The position numbers and the translations under genes are program-made. A stretch of 64,000 nt of DNA from Chitinophaga pinensis (lineage in GTDB: Bacteria; Bacteroidota; Bacteroidia; Flavobacteriales_D; Crocinitomicaceae), in assembly GCA_945883825.1 (NCBI GenBank), contig CAMCYF010000008.1, positions 15,190 to 79,189 of the forward strand. Direction: 5' to 3'. This document shows positions 22,229-32,192 of the stretch, piece by piece; the stretch's first letter is position 1; every line of letters starts with the position of its first letter. A model generated the notes under the pieces. The model worked only from the letters and a program-made list of their open reading frames with translations, ran no database searches and was not told the DNA's origin.

Positions 22229-22963
22229 ATGGGACAAAAAACAAATCCAATAGGAAATAGATTAGGCTACATTCACGGATGGGAATCTAATTGGTATGGT
22301 GGAAATGATTACAAAGACAAAATTGTTGAGGATGATCAAATTCGCAAGTACTTAAATGCTCGTTTAACTAAAGCAAGTATTTCCAAAATAATTATTGAAA
22401 GAACTTTAAAACTAGTTACTGTTACTATAAACACAGCGCGACCAGGAGTTATAATTGGTAAAGGTGGTCAAGAAGTTGATAAACTTAAAGAAGAATTAAA
22501 AAAATTAACGAAGAAAGAAATTCAAATAAACATCTTTGAAGTTAAACGTCCGGAACTCGATTCTCGTTTAGTTGCAGATGGTGTTGCAAGACAACTTGAA
22601 GCTCGTATTTCATTTCGTAGAGCAATTAAAATGGCAATTGCAAGTACAATGAGAATGGGAGCTGAAGGAATAAAAATAAAAATATCTGGTAGACTAAACG
22701 GCGCTGAAATGGCACGTTCAGAAATGTACAAGGATGGAAGAACTCCACTTCATACATTTAGAGCTGATATTGACTATGCTTTAGCAGAAGCACATACAAC
22801 GTATGGCCGACTTGGCATCAAAGTTTGGATTTGCAGAGGTGAGGTTTACGGAAAAAGAGATTTGTCTCCAAATGTAGGAGTTTCAACTGCTGCAAACAAT
22901 AACAATAGCAATTTTGCGAATGATCGAAAGCCTAATGCAGGTAAGAGAAGAGAGAGAAAATAA
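22229..22963 (+). CDS. rpsC: 30S ribosomal protein S3
   Basis: 244 aa. [13 protein letters not shown]..., KH domain GKGG; basic, N-rich C-terminal tail. Confidence 0.97.
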   Translation: MGQKTNPIGNRLGYIHGWESNWYGGNDYKDKIVEDDQIRKYLNARLTKASISKIIIERTLKLVTVTINTARPGVIIGKGGQEVDKLKEELKKLTKKEIQINIFEVKRPELDSRLVADGVARQLEARISFRRAIKMAIASTMRMGAEGIKIKISGRLNGAEMARSEMYKDGRTPLHTFRADIDYALAEAHTTYGRLGIKVWICRGEVYGKRDLSPNVGVSTAANNNNSNFANDRKPNAGKRRERK

Positions 22964-22989
22964 ATTAAGAAAGATATAAATTAAGAGTA

Positions 22990-23415
22990 ATGTTACAACC
23001 TAAAAGAACAAAATTTAGAAGAGTACAGAAAGGAAGGAGCCGTGGATTATCACACAGAGGTTCAACAATTTCTTTTGGTTCATTCGCTCTTAAGTGTTTG
23101 GAGCCTGGATGGATTACTTCACGACAAATTGAAGCATCACGTATCGCAGTCACAAGACACATGAAACGTGAAGGAAAAGTGTGGATTCGTATTTTTCCAG
23201 ACAAACCAGTTACATCTAAGCCGGCTGAAGTACGAATGGGAAAAGGTAAAGGAGCTCCAAGTCATTGGGTTGCTGTTATCAAACCTGGACGTATCATGTT
23301 TGAAGCTGACGGTGTTTCTTACGAGGTTGCTAAGGAAGCATTGCGATTAGCAGCACAAAAATTACCAGTTAAATGCAAATTCGTTGTTCGCAACGATTAT
23401 GTTATACCAGTTTAA
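22990..23415 (+). CDS. rplP: 50S ribosomal protein L16
   Basis: 141 aa. [16 protein letters not shown]... Confidence 0.97.
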   Translation: MLQPKRTKFRRVQKGRSRGLSHRGSTISFGSFALKCLEPGWITSRQIEASRIAVTRHMKREGKVWIRIFPDKPVTSKPAEVRMGKGKGAPSHWVAVIKPGRIMFEADGVSYEVAKEALRLAAQKLPVKCKFVVRNDYVIPV

Positions 23416-23424
23416 AAAAGAAAA

Positions 23425-23619
23425 ATGAAACAAGTAGAGATTTTAAAGCTATCAATCGAAGATTTAAAAAGTCGCTTAAGTGATTTTCAAAATCAGTACG
23501 TAAACTTAAAATTAACGCATAAAATGGCTCCAATTGAGAATCCATTGAGAATTACAAGTATGCGTAAAGTTATAGCTAGACTAAATACAGAATTAACAAA
23601 ACGTTCGAATCAAGCTTAA
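23425..23619 (+). CDS. rpmC: 50S ribosomal protein L29
   Basis: 64 aa. Assigned from operon position. Confidence 0.93.
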   Translation: MKQVEILKLSIEDLKSRLSDFQNQYVNLKLTHKMAPIENPLRITSMRKVIARLNTELTKRSNQA

Positions 23620-23640
23620 TGCTTGAAAAAATAAGCCTAA

Positions 23641-23898
23641 ATGGAAACACGTAATTTAAGAAAAGAAAAAGTTGGAGTCGTAATGAGTGACAAAATGGAA
23701 AAATCCATTGTTGTTTCTGTTGAGCGAAAAGTAAAACATCCGAAATACGGGAAATTCGTAAAGAAAACTACCAAGTTTATTGCTCATGACGAAAAAAATG
23801 ATTGCAACATTGGTGACACTGTTAAAATCATGGAAACACGTCCCTTGAGTAAAACTAAGAATTGGAGATTAGTAGAAATTGTCGAAAGAGCTAAATAA
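23641..23898 (+). CDS. rpsQ: 30S ribosomal protein S17
   Basis: 85 aa. ...[21 protein letters not shown]... Confidence 0.96.
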   Translation: METRNLRKEKVGVVMSDKMEKSIVVSVERKVKHPKYGKFVKKTTKFIAHDEKNDCNIGDTVKIMETRPLSKTKNWRLVEIVERAK

Positions 23899-23907
23899 AA
23901 AGGAGAA

Positions 23908-24276
23908 ATGATACAAACAGAATCTAGACTATCAGTCGCAGACAATTCAGGTGCCAAAGAGGTGTTATGTATTCGCGTATTAGGCGGAACAAGACGACGA
24001 TATGCTTCAGTTGGTGACAAGATTGTGGTTACAGTAAAAAGTGCTATGCCGAATGGTGGAGTAAAAAAAGGTACAGTAGCAAAAGCTGTTGTTGTCCGCA
24101 CTAGAAAAGAAGTTCGTAGAGCAGATGGTTCTTATATCCGTTTTGATGATAACGCATGTGTTATCCTTAATCAGACTGGAGAAATGAGAGGAACGCGTAT
24201 TTTTGGACCTGTAGCCAGAGAATTAAGAGAGAATAACTATATGAAAATTGTTTCATTAGCACCTGAGGTGTTATAA
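23908..24276 (+). CDS. rplN: 50S ribosomal protein L14
   Basis: 122 aa. [17 protein letters not shown]... Confidence 0.98.
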   Translation: MIQTESRLSVADNSGAKEVLCIRVLGGTRRRYASVGDKIVVTVKSAMPNGGVKKGTVAKAVVVRTRKEVRRADGSYIRFDDNACVILNQTGEMRGTRIFGPVARELRENNYMKIVSLAPEVL

Positions 24277-24286
24277 TTAAATAGAG

Positions 24287-24607
24287 ATGCAGAAGAAGTT
24301 ACATGTTAAAATTGGTGATACTGTTCGAATAATGAGCGGCGAATCAAAAGGTCAAGAAGGAAAAATTCTTTCTATTGACCGTAACAAAATGAGAGCAATT
24401 GTTTCAGGTGCAAATATGATCAAGCGCCATACGAAGCCAAGTGCAGCAAATCCACAAGGTGGAATTGAAGACAAAGAAGGTACAATTCATTTATCAAACC
24501 TTATGGTTTTAGTAAATGGAGTTGCTACTCGTACTGGCAGAAAAGAAAATGATAAAGGTAAATTAGTACGTTATGCAAAAAAATCAGGGGAGGTGATTAA
24601 ATCATGA
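24287..24607 (+). CDS. rplX: 50S ribosomal protein L24
   Basis: 106 aa with a KOW motif. Its stop overlaps the rplE start (ATGA). Confidence 0.96.
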   Translation: MQKKLHVKIGDTVRIMSGESKGQEGKILSIDRNKMRAIVSGANMIKRHTKPSAANPQGGIEDKEGTIHLSNLMVLVNGVATRTGRKENDKGKLVRYAKKSGEVIKS

Positions 24608-25155
24608 GTTACACGCCAAGATTAAAAGAAAGATACAAGGGAGAAATTATTCAGGCCTTGAGAGATCAATTTGGATACAAATCTGTGATGCAGGTTCCGA
24701 GGTTACAGAAAATTGTTTTGAGCCAAGGTATTGGTGATGCAGTTGCTGATAAGAAAATTATTGAAAATGCTGCAACAGATTTATCTCGTATTGCTGGTCA
24801 AAAAGCAATTACTACTTTATCCAAAAAAGATATTTCAAATTTCAAATTAAGAAAAGGAATGCCGATTGGGACAAAAGTAACTTTAAGAGGAGATCGAATG
24901 TATGATTTTCTAGATCGATTACTTGCGGTTGCTCTTCCAAGAACTCGTGACTTCAGAGGAATCAATCCAAAAGGATTTGATGGTAGAGGTAACTTCAATT
25001 TAGGAGTTAAAGAGCACATTATCTTTCCTGAAATAGACATAGATAAAGTAAATCGAATATTAGGAATGGATATAAGCTTTGTAACTTCAGCTGAAAGTGA
25101 TGAAGAAGCAAAAGCACTTTTAGATGCATTCGGTTTTCCATTTATAAAAAAATAG
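24604..25155 (+). CDS. rplE: 50S ribosomal protein L5
   Basis: 183 aa. Assigned from L5-like sequence and operon position. Confidence 0.97.
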   Translation: MSYTPRLKERYKGEIIQALRDQFGYKSVMQVPRLQKIVLSQGIGDAVADKKIIENAATDLSRIAGQKAITTLSKKDISNFKLRKGMPIGTKVTLRGDRMYDFLDRLLAVALPRTRDFRGINPKGFDGRGNFNLGVKEHIIFPEIDIDKVNRILGMDISFVTSAESDEEAKALLDAFGFPFIKK

Positions 25156-25162
25156 ATAAAAA

Positions 25163-25477
25163 ATGGCTAAAGAATCAATGAAAGCGCGAGAGCGCAAAAG
25201 AGAAAGATTAGTAGAACGCTTTGCTAAAAAAAGAGAAGCGCTGACTAAAATACTTAAATCCACAGATAACTCTGAAGAAATTCAGACAGCTAAATGGGAT
25301 GCAATGATGAGTTTACAGAAACTTCCTGCAAATTCTTCGAAAGTAAGAAAACATAACAGATGTGGACTTACAGGTCGACCTCGTGGATACATGAGACAAT
25401 TTGGAATTTCGAGAGTAACGTTTAGAGAGATGGCACTAGCTGGAAAAATCCCAGGAGTGAAAAAAGGTAGTTGGTAA
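25163..25477 (+). CDS. rpsN: 30S ribosomal protein S14 (long, non-zinc type)
   Basis: 104 aa. ...[24 protein letters not shown]...; it lacks the CxxC pairs of the zinc-binding form. Confidence 0.96.
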   Translation: MAKESMKARERKRERLVERFAKKREALTKILKSTDNSEEIQTAKWDAMMSLQKLPANSSKVRKHNRCGLTGRPRGYMRQFGISRVTFREMALAGKIPGVKKGSW

Positions 25478-25495
25478 TATTGAAACAGTAATAAA

Positions 25496-25894
25496 ATGAA
25501 CACAGATCCAATAGCAGATTTTTTAACCCGAATCAGAAATGCAAGCGCAGCTGGTTTGAAGATGGTAGAGATACCTGGTTCAAATATTAAAAGAGCAATG
25601 ACTCAGATTTTATTTGATCAAGGATATATTCTAAACTATAAATTTGAAGAAGATAATAAACAAGGTACGATTAAAGTTGCACTAAAATACAACCAATCAA
25701 CCCGAGTGCCTGCAATAACTAAATTGCAAAGAGCATCTCGCCCAGGTTTAAGAAAATACAGTGCCTCCGATGAAATGCCTCGTGTATTAAATGGACTTGG
25801 TATTGCAATTGTTTCAACTTCAAAAGGCGTTATTACAAATAAAGAGGCACGTAAACAAAATATTGGTGGCGAAGTACTTTGCTACATTTATTAA
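25496..25894 (+). CDS. rpsH: 30S ribosomal protein S8
   Basis: 132 aa. DPIADFLTRIRNA... Confidence 0.97.
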   Translation: MNTDPIADFLTRIRNASAAGLKMVEIPGSNIKRAMTQILFDQGYILNYKFEEDNKQGTIKVALKYNQSTRVPAITKLQRASRPGLRKYSASDEMPRVLNGLGIAIVSTSKGVITNKEARKQNIGGEVLCYIY

Positions 25895-25906
25895 AATAAG
25901 AAAGAA

Positions 25907-26461
25907 ATGTCAAGAATAGGTAAAGCTCCGATAACAATTCCAAATGGCGTAGAAGTTACGATCAAAGGGACATCTGTTACGGTAAAAGGAAAAAAAGGTG
26001 AACTACATCAAGAAATTGATGAGTGTGTAACAATGACTATTGATGAAAACACAATAACTTTTGTTAGAAAAACAGATTCACCAAATGATCGTTCTAAACA
26101 TGGACTGTATAGATCGCTTGTTCAGAATATGATTACAGGTGTCTCTGAAGGTTTCAAGAAAGAAATGGAAGTAATAGGTGTTGGATATCGTGCAACAGCA
26201 GTTGGTCAACAATTAGAATTAGCACTTGGTTTTTCTCATGCTATTATTCTATCAGTTCCTTCTGATGTTAAAATAGAAACTGTGACTGAAAAAGGAAAGG
26301 CACCACTTGTAACAATTCAATCACATGATAAACAATTACTAGGTCAAGTGGCTGCGAAAATTCGCTCATTGAGAAAACCAGAACCATACAAAGGAAAAGG
26401 AATTCGATTCTTAGGTGAAGAAATTAGAAGAAAAGCTGGAAAATCAGCAAGTAAAAAATAA
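25907..26461 (+). CDS. rplF: 50S ribosomal protein L6
   Basis: 184 aa. MSRIGKAPITIPNGVEV... Confidence 0.97.
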   Translation: MSRIGKAPITIPNGVEVTIKGTSVTVKGKKGELHQEIDECVTMTIDENTITFVRKTDSPNDRSKHGLYRSLVQNMITGVSEGFKKEMEVIGVGYRATAVGQQLELALGFSHAIILSVPSDVKIETVTEKGKAPLVTIQSHDKQLLGQVAAKIRSLRKPEPYKGKGIRFLGEEIRRKAGKSASKK

Positions 26462-26475
26462 TTATTAAGTAGATT

Positions 26476-26829
26476 ATGGCACTAAATAAAGTATTAAGAA
26501 GAGCTAAAATAAAGCGAAGAATTCGAAAGAAAGTAACGGGTACTTCCTTAATTCCAAGATTGTCTGTTTACAGAAGCAATAAGCAAATTTATGCTCAATT
26601 GATTGATGATGCAACAGGTAAAACATTGGCTTCTGCAGGTTCTTTTAAACAAAAAGAAACGCAAAACGTAAACAAAGTTACGCAAGCGACTATGATTGGT
26701 AAAAAAATTGCTGAAAAAGCACAGGAAGTAGGTATTAAAACAGTAGTTTTTGATCGTAACGGTTACTTATATCATGGAAGAGTAAAATCTTTGGCTGATT
26801 CAGCACGTGAAGGAGGACTTAAATTTTAA
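26476..26829 (+). CDS. rplR: 50S ribosomal protein L18
   Basis: 117 aa. ...[26 protein letters not shown]. Confidence 0.97.
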   Translation: MALNKVLRRAKIKRRIRKKVTGTSLIPRLSVYRSNKQIYAQLIDDATGKTLASAGSFKQKETQNVNKVTQATMIGKKIAEKAQEVGIKTVVFDRNGYLYHGRVKSLADSAREGGLKF

Positions 26830-26833
26830 GAAA

Positions 26834-27352
26834 ATGGCAGAACAAGCAATGAACAGAGTGAAAGCAGTAGACATTGAGTTAAAAGATAAACTCGTTTCTG
26901 TAAATAGGGTTACTAAAGTTACTAAAGGAGGAAGAACATTTAGTTTTTCAGCAATTATTGTTGTTGGAGACGAAAATGGAATTGTAGGACACGGACTAGG
27001 TAAAGCAAAAGAAATAACTGAAGCAATCGCAAAAGGAATTGATGATGCTAAGAAAAATCTTATTAAGGTTCCAATACTTAGAGGTACAGTTCCTCATACT
27101 CAAAAAGGGAAGTTTGGAGGTGCTCAAGTATTATTGAAGCCAGCGACTCCTGGTACTGGTGTTATTGCAGGTGGTGCAATGCGCGCAGTATTAGAAAGTG
27201 TTGGTGTACATAATGTATTGGCAAAATCGCAAGGTTCTTCTAATCCTCACAATGTAGTTAAAGCAACAATTGATGCTCTTTCCAAAATGCGAGATGCTAT
27301 TGCAGTTGCTAAACAAAGAGGTATTTCAATGGATAAAGTATTCAACGGTTAA
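26834..27352 (+). CDS. rpsE: 30S ribosomal protein S5
   Basis: S5 sequence ...[22 protein letters not shown]... I prefer ATG 26834 ([10 protein letters not shown]) to the track start at 26807, which lies inside rplR. Confidence 0.95.
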   Translation: MAEQAMNRVKAVDIELKDKLVSVNRVTKVTKGGRTFSFSAIIVVGDENGIVGHGLGKAKEITEAIAKGIDDAKKNLIKVPILRGTVPHTQKGKFGGAQVLLKPATPGTGVIAGGAMRAVLESVGVHNVLAKSQGSSNPHNVVKATIDALSKMRDAIAVAKQRGISMDKVFNG

Positions 27353-27362
27353 AATAAATAGA

Positions 27363-27539
27363 ATGGAAACCATAAAAATAAAACAAGTACGTAGCGCTAT
27401 AAAAAGACCTGCTGATCAGAAAGCAACAATAAAGGCTTTAGGATTCAGACACTTAAATCATGTCGTTGAAAAAGAGGTTACTCCTCAAATACTTGGAATG
27501 ATAAATAAGGTGAAGCACCTAATAATAGTAGTAGACTAA
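27363..27539 (+). CDS. rpmD: 50S ribosomal protein L30
   Basis: 58 aa from ATG 27363 (METIKIKQVRSAIKRP...). The track ORF start at 27270 overlaps rpsE in another frame and is rejected. Confidence 0.93.
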   Translation: METIKIKQVRSAIKRPADQKATIKALGFRHLNHVVEKEVTPQILGMINKVKHLIIVVD

Positions 27540-27558
27540 AAATTCAAATAACAATAAA

Positions 27559-28005
27559 ATGGATTTACATAATCTTACACCTGCACAAGGTTCAGTAAAA
27601 AAAGAAAAAAGAATTGCTCGAGGACAAGGGTCTGGCCACGGTGGTACTTCAACAAGAGGTCACAAAGGAGCTAAATCGCGTTCTGGATATTCAACTAAAA
27701 TTGGTTTTGAAGGTGGACAAATGCCATTACAACGCCGTGTTCCTAAATTTGGCTTCAAAAATATCAATAGAGTTGAATACAAAGCTATTAATCTTGATAT
27801 TATAGAATATTTAGCTACAACTAAAGGAATAACAGAAATCACAATTGAAACGTTTCTTTCTAATGGTCTATTATCTAACAATCAACTTGTTAAGGTATTA
27901 GGAAGAGGGACACTAAATTCTAAAGTAACAATTAGCGCACATGGGTTTTCTGCAGCTGCAATAACTGCAATCGAAGCTCAAGGTGGTATATGTTCAAAAA
28001 TCTAA
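27559..28005 (+). CDS. rplO: 50S ribosomal protein L15
   Basis: 148 aa. ...RGQGSGHGGTSTRGHKG... Confidence 0.97.
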   Translation: MDLHNLTPAQGSVKKEKRIARGQGSGHGGTSTRGHKGAKSRSGYSTKIGFEGGQMPLQRRVPKFGFKNINRVEYKAINLDIIEYLATTKGITEITIETFLSNGLLSNNQLVKVLGRGTLNSKVTISAHGFSAAAITAIEAQGGICSKI

Positions 28006-28006
28006 C

Positions 28007-28014
28007 TACCTTTG
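28007..28014 (+). promoter_or_regulatory. -7 box TAccTTTG (extended TACCTTTGCACCCC) between rplO and secY
   Basis: Exact TAnnTTTG match starting 2 nt after the rplO stop and ending 11 nt before the secY ATG. It has the same extended CTTTGCACCC as the rpsL and pdhB upstream regions. I see no clear -33 TTG at consensus spacing. Confidence 0.4.
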
Positions 28015-28025
28015 CACCCCACTAA

Positions 28026-29363
28026 ATGAAAAGACTAATACAAAACATACGGAATATTTGGAAAGTAGAAGAATTGCGAAAAAGAATTCTTCTTACTTTA
28101 GGATTGATTCTTGCCTACAGAATTGGTTCTTTTATTATTATTCCAGGTGTTAATTATGCTGCTTTAACTACAAAAGCAAGCGATCAGAATGCACTCGAAA
28201 CTTTATTGTCATTGTTTTCTGGTGGTGGATTTACAAATGCATCAATTATGGCGCTTGGAATCATGCCATACATTAGTGCATCGATTATCATGCAACTTCT
28301 TTCCATGGCTGTTCCAGCAGTTCAAAAAATGCAAAATGAAGGTGAATCAGGAAGGAAGCAGATTAATAATTATACAAGGATACTAACGATAATTATTTGT
28401 GCCTTACAAGCCCCTAGCTATTTATCGCTTTATGTTGCACAAAAAGGAGCAATGCCAGTGGATGCATCAACTTTTTGGTGGACACAGACAATTTTGATAC
28501 TAGTTGCCGGATCAATGTTTGCAGTTTGGTTAGGTGAGCGGATTACAGAAAAAGGTATTGGAAATGGTATTTCATTGCTAATTACAGTTGGTATTTTATC
28601 CCGCCTTCCAGGAGCATTTTTTGCTGAATTTGGAAAATCAATGGAAGCTGGAAACCTAATAAAATTAGTTATTGAAGTTGTAGCATTTATGCTAGTTGTT
28701 TTAGTTACCATACTAATCGTTCAAGGAGTTAGAAGAATTCCTTTAAACACAGCAAAAAGAATTGTTGGAAACAAAAGTGTGGACGACAAAAGCGCTAGAA
28801 GTTATTTGCCAATTAAAGTTAATGCAAGTGGTGTGATGCCAATTATATTTGCTCAAGCAATAATGACAATTCCTGTAATGATTTTTGCTAGTTCTTCTGA
28901 TCAGAGTGGTTTCTTGCAAAGAACCTTAGGCGATGTATACGGATTGAGCTACAATATATTATTGTGTGTATTAATTATAGTATTCACCTATTTTTATACT
29001 GCAATTATGATTAATCCAAGTAAAATTGCTGATGACTTGAAAAAAAGTGGTGGATTTATTCCTGGAGTTCGCCCAGGAGAAGAAACTGCTGAACATGTAG
29101 ATACTGTTGTTTCAAGAATTACTTTCCCAGGTTCATTATTTCTTGCACTAATTGCTGTACTGCCTGCAATTGCAAAATTAGCTGGAATCAATGATGGGTT
29201 TGCAATGTTTTTTGGGGGCACTTCTATATTAATTATGGTTGGTGTTGTTCTAGATACACTGCAGCAAATTGAAACATACCAATTAAATCGTCAAATGGAT
29301 AGTTTAATGGAAGGGACAAGAGTGAGAGGAAGAAGAGAACCAAACGAATTATCCGGGTTTTAA
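28026..29363 (+). CDS. secY: Preprotein translocase subunit SecY
   Basis: 445 aa, 10-TM pattern, ...LFSGGGFTNASIMALGIMPYISASII... Confidence 0.97.
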   Translation: MKRLIQNIRNIWKVEELRKRILLTLGLILAYRIGSFIIIPGVNYAALTTKASDQNALETLLSLFSGGGFTNASIMALGIMPYISASIIMQLLSMAVPAVQKMQNEGESGRKQINNYTRILTIIICALQAPSYLSLYVAQKGAMPVDASTFWWTQTILILVAGSMFAVWLGERITEKGIGNGISLLITVGILSRLPGAFFAEFGKSMEAGNLIKLVIEVVAFMLVVLVTILIVQGVRRIPLNTAKRIVGNKSVDDKSARSYLPIKVNASGVMPIIFAQAIMTIPVMIFASSSDQSGFLQRTLGDVYGLSYNILLCVLIIVFTYFYTAIMINPSKIADDLKKSGGFIPGVRPGEETAEHVDTVVSRITFPGSLFLALIAVLPAIAKLAGINDGFAMFFGGTSILIMVGVVLDTLQQIETYQLNRQMDSLMEGTRVRGRREPNELSGF

Positions 29364-29366
29364 TAA

Positions 29367-29585
29367 ATGGCTAAACAAGCATCAATAGAACAAGATGGAG
29401 TTATACTAGAAGCTTTGCCAAATGCAATGTTTCGAGTAGAACTAGAAAACGGACATATTTTAACTGCTCACATATCAGGTAAAATGAGAATGTTTTACAT
29501 AAAAATATTACCAGGAGATCGAGTTAAATTAGAACTTTCTCCCTATGATTTAACAAAAGGAAGAATATCTTTTAGATATAAATAG
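29367..29585 (+). CDS. infA: Translation initiation factor IF-1
   Basis: 72 aa. [30 protein letters not shown]... Confidence 0.97.
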   Translation: MAKQASIEQDGVILEALPNAMFRVELENGHILTAHISGKMRMFYIKILPGDRVKLELSPYDLTKGRISFRYK

Positions 29586-29600
29586 TTTAATAAGAAAGAA

Positions 29601-29717
29601 ATGAAAGTAAGAGCATCAGTAAAAAAGAGATCAGTGGATTGCAAAATCGTTAAGCGTAAAGGAAGAGTTTACGTAATTAACAAAAAGAATCCAAAATTAA
29701 AACAACGTCAAGGTTAA
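29601..29717 (+). CDS. rpmJ: 50S ribosomal protein L36
   Basis: Not in the ORF track because it is too short. ATG 29601 encodes [38 protein letters not shown] (38 aa) with TAA at 29715-29717. It occupies the canonical infA-rpmJ-rpsM position. Confidence 0.93.
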   Translation: MKVRASVKKRSVDCKIVKRKGRVYVINKKNPKLKQRQG

Positions 29718-29727
29718 TTAAAAAAAT

Positions 29728-30102
29728 ATGGCACGTATCGCAGGTATAGATTTACCAAAAAACAAAAGAGGAGTAATAGGTTTAACCTATATATTTGGGA
29801 TTGGAAGAAGTACTTCTAAAAAAATCCTTAATACGAATGGTATTGATGAAAGTATTAAAGTTCAAGAATGGAACGATGATCAATTATCCGCAATCAGAAA
29901 CTCTGTTAATGAATTTAAAACTGAAGGTCAACTTCGCTCTGAAGTTCAATTAAATATTAAAAGATTAATGGATATTGGCTGTACAAGAGGAATTCGCCAT
30001 AGATCTGGACTTCCATTAAGAGGTCAACGAACAAAAAATAACTCACGTACAAGAAAAGGTAGGAGAAAAACAGTTGCTAACAAGAAAAAAGCAACTAAAT
30101 AA
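29728..30102 (+). CDS. rpsM: 30S ribosomal protein S13
   Basis: 124 aa. [14 protein letters not shown]... Confidence 0.97.
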   Translation: MARIAGIDLPKNKRGVIGLTYIFGIGRSTSKKILNTNGIDESIKVQEWNDDQLSAIRNSVNEFKTEGQLRSEVQLNIKRLMDIGCTRGIRHRSGLPLRGQRTKNNSRTRKGRRKTVANKKKATK

Positions 30103-30113
30103 TAAATAGTATT

Positions 30114-30500
30114 ATGGCAAAAGCAAATCAAAAAAAGAAAAAAAACGTTAAGATTGATGCTGCTGGTGAAGCGCACATTCAAGCGAGTTTTAATAACATC
30201 ATTATTTCACTTACAAATAATAGTGGTCAAGTTATTTCGTGGTCTTCAGCTGGAAAAATGGGTTTTAAAGGCTCTAAAAAGAATACACCTTATGCAGCTC
30301 AAATAGCTGCTGAAGATGCGGCAAAAGAAGCACATGATTTTGGACTTAGAAGGGTAAAAGTTTATGTAAAAGGACCAGGAGCTGGAAGAGAATCTGCTAT
30401 ACGTTCATTGAATAATACGGGAATTGAAGTAACAGAAATAATAGATGTTACACCGCTTCCACACAACGGATGTCGCCCACCAAAAAGAAGAAGAGTTTAA
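30114..30500 (+). CDS. rpsK: 30S ribosomal protein S11
   Basis: 128 aa. ...[18 protein letters not shown]. Confidence 0.97.
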   Translation: MAKANQKKKKNVKIDAAGEAHIQASFNNIIISLTNNSGQVISWSSAGKMGFKGSKKNTPYAAQIAAEDAAKEAHDFGLRRVKVYVKGPGAGRESAIRSLNNTGIEVTEIIDVTPLPHNGCRPPKRRRV

Positions 30501-30570
30501 CAGTAATAACCAAGGGATAAAATCATCGAAGGAATGCCTTAATTCATGATTCCCGACTAAAAACAAAAAT

Positions 30571-31179
30571 ATGGCAAGATATACAGGTCCAAAGACCAAA
30601 ATTGCTCGAAGATTTCGAGATCCTATCTTTGGTGCAGACAAAGCACTTGATAGAAGAAACTATGGCCCAGGTCAACATGGTCCTTCAAAAAAAAGAGGAG
30701 GAAAACAATCAGAATATGCAATTCAATTGGGTGAAAAGCAAAAAGCTAAATATACTTATGGAATTTTAGAGCGTCAATTCTCTAATATGTTTGAAAAAGC
30801 TTCAGCCATGAAAGGTATTACAGGTGAAAACTTATTGCAATTATGTGAAGCACGTGTTGATAATACTGTATATCGTCTTGGAATAGCTCCAACTCGAAGT
30901 GGTGCTAGACAATTAGTTTCTCATCGTCACATAACTATAAATGGTGATGTTGTTAACATTCCTTCTTATACATTGCGTCCTGGTGACGTAGTTGGAGTAA
31001 GGGAAAAATCAAAATCCTTGGAAGCAATTGCAAATTCTTTGAGTTCAAATACGAAGAAATATGATTGGTTGGATTGGGACAATTCTGCTATGTCTGGAAA
31101 ATTATTGAATTTACCATCAAGGGAAATGATCCCAGAAAATATTAAGGAACAATTAATCGTCGAACTATACTCTAAATAA
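30571..31179 (+). CDS. rpsD: 30S ribosomal protein S4
   Basis: 202 aa. [15 protein letters not shown]...; S4 domain near the C-terminus. Confidence 0.97.
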   Translation: MARYTGPKTKIARRFRDPIFGADKALDRRNYGPGQHGPSKKRGGKQSEYAIQLGEKQKAKYTYGILERQFSNMFEKASAMKGITGENLLQLCEARVDNTVYRLGIAPTRSGARQLVSHRHITINGDVVNIPSYTLRPGDVVGVREKSKSLEAIANSLSSNTKKYDWLDWDNSAMSGKLLNLPSREMIPENIKEQLIVELYSK

Positions 31180-31189
31180 AAACAACAAA

Positions 31190-32182
31190 ATGGCAATATT
31201 GGATTTTCAAAAACCAGATAAGGTAATCATGATTAACTCCGATGAGTTCAACGGAGAATTTGAATTCCGTCCACTTGAACCTGGATACGGTATCACAGTT
31301 GGTAACTCTTTAAGAAGAATTTTACTTTCCTCATTGGAGGGATTTGCAATTGCTTCAATAAAAATACAAGGTGTAGATCACGAGTTCTCAACATTGAAAG
31401 GTGTTGTAGAAGATGTGACTGAAATCGTATTAAATTTGAAACAAGTGCGTTTCAAAAGACAGATTGAAGGAACTGACTCAGAAACTGTATTTATAACTGT
31501 TGGTGGTCAAACTAAATTAACTGCTGGTGATATTGGAAAACATACTAGTGCATTCCAAGTTTTAAATCCAGATTTAGTGATTTGCAACATGGAATCATCA
31601 GTTAAGATAGAAATTGAATTAACAATAGTTAAAGGTCGTGGTTATGTTCCTGCTGAGGAGAATAAATCATCAAACGCTGCTTTTGGAACAATTTTTATCG
31701 ATTCTATTTTTACACCAATTGTTAATGTTCAATATACAGTTGAAAACTTTCGAGTAGAGCAAAAAACTGATTACGAAAAATTAATTTTTAACATCAAAAC
31801 TGACGGTTCTGTTCATCCTAAAGAAGCGTTGAAAGATGCAGCAAAGATTCTTATTCATCACTTTATGTTGTTTTCTGATGAGCGTATTACGTTGGATAGC
31901 GAAATTAAAGCTGAAACTGAGGAATTTGACGAAACATCACTACACATGCGTCAATTGCTTAAGACAAAATTAGTAGATATGGATTTATCTGTTAGAGCTT
32001 TAAATTGCTTGAAAGCTGCTGATGTAGAAACACTAGGAGATCTTGTTTCAATTGCAAAATCTGATTTACTGAAGTTTAGAAATTTTGGAAAGAAATCTTT
32101 AACAGAATTGGAAGACCTAGTTGACAACAAAAATTTGGTATTCGGAATGAATGTCGCAAAATATAAATTAGATAAAGATTAA
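31190..32182 (+). CDS. rpoA: DNA-directed RNA polymerase subunit alpha
   Basis: 330 aa. N-terminal dimerisation domain and alpha-CTD (...[21 protein letters not shown]...). Confidence 0.97.
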   Translation: MAILDFQKPDKVIMINSDEFNGEFEFRPLEPGYGITVGNSLRRILLSSLEGFAIASIKIQGVDHEFSTLKGVVEDVTEIVLNLKQVRFKRQIEGTDSETVFITVGGQTKLTAGDIGKHTSAFQVLNPDLVICNMESSVKIEIELTIVKGRGYVPAEENKSSNAAFGTIFIDSIFTPIVNVQYTVENFRVEQKTDYEKLIFNIKTDGSVHPKEALKDAAKILIHHFMLFSDERITLDSEIKAETEEFDETSLHMRQLLKTKLVDMDLSVRALNCLKAADVETLGDLVSIAKSDLLKFRNFGKKSLTELEDLVDNKNLVFGMNVAKYKLDKD

Positions 32183-32192
32183 GATTTAAATC

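Noticed and set aside
26807-26833. Upstream ATG for rpsE, and the strong Shine-Dalgarno-like AAGGAGGA at 26808-26816
   Set aside because: The ATG lies inside rplR. The AAGGAGGA encodes the conserved L18 C-terminus (REGGLKF) and is about 17 nt from the real rpsE ATG (26834), too far to act as an SD. Bacteroidota make little use of SD sequences.
27270-27362. Extended start of the rpmD ORF in the track (89 aa)
   Set aside because: The extension overlaps the 3' end of rpsE in another frame and adds 31 non-L30 residues. ATG 27363 gives a normal 58-aa L30.
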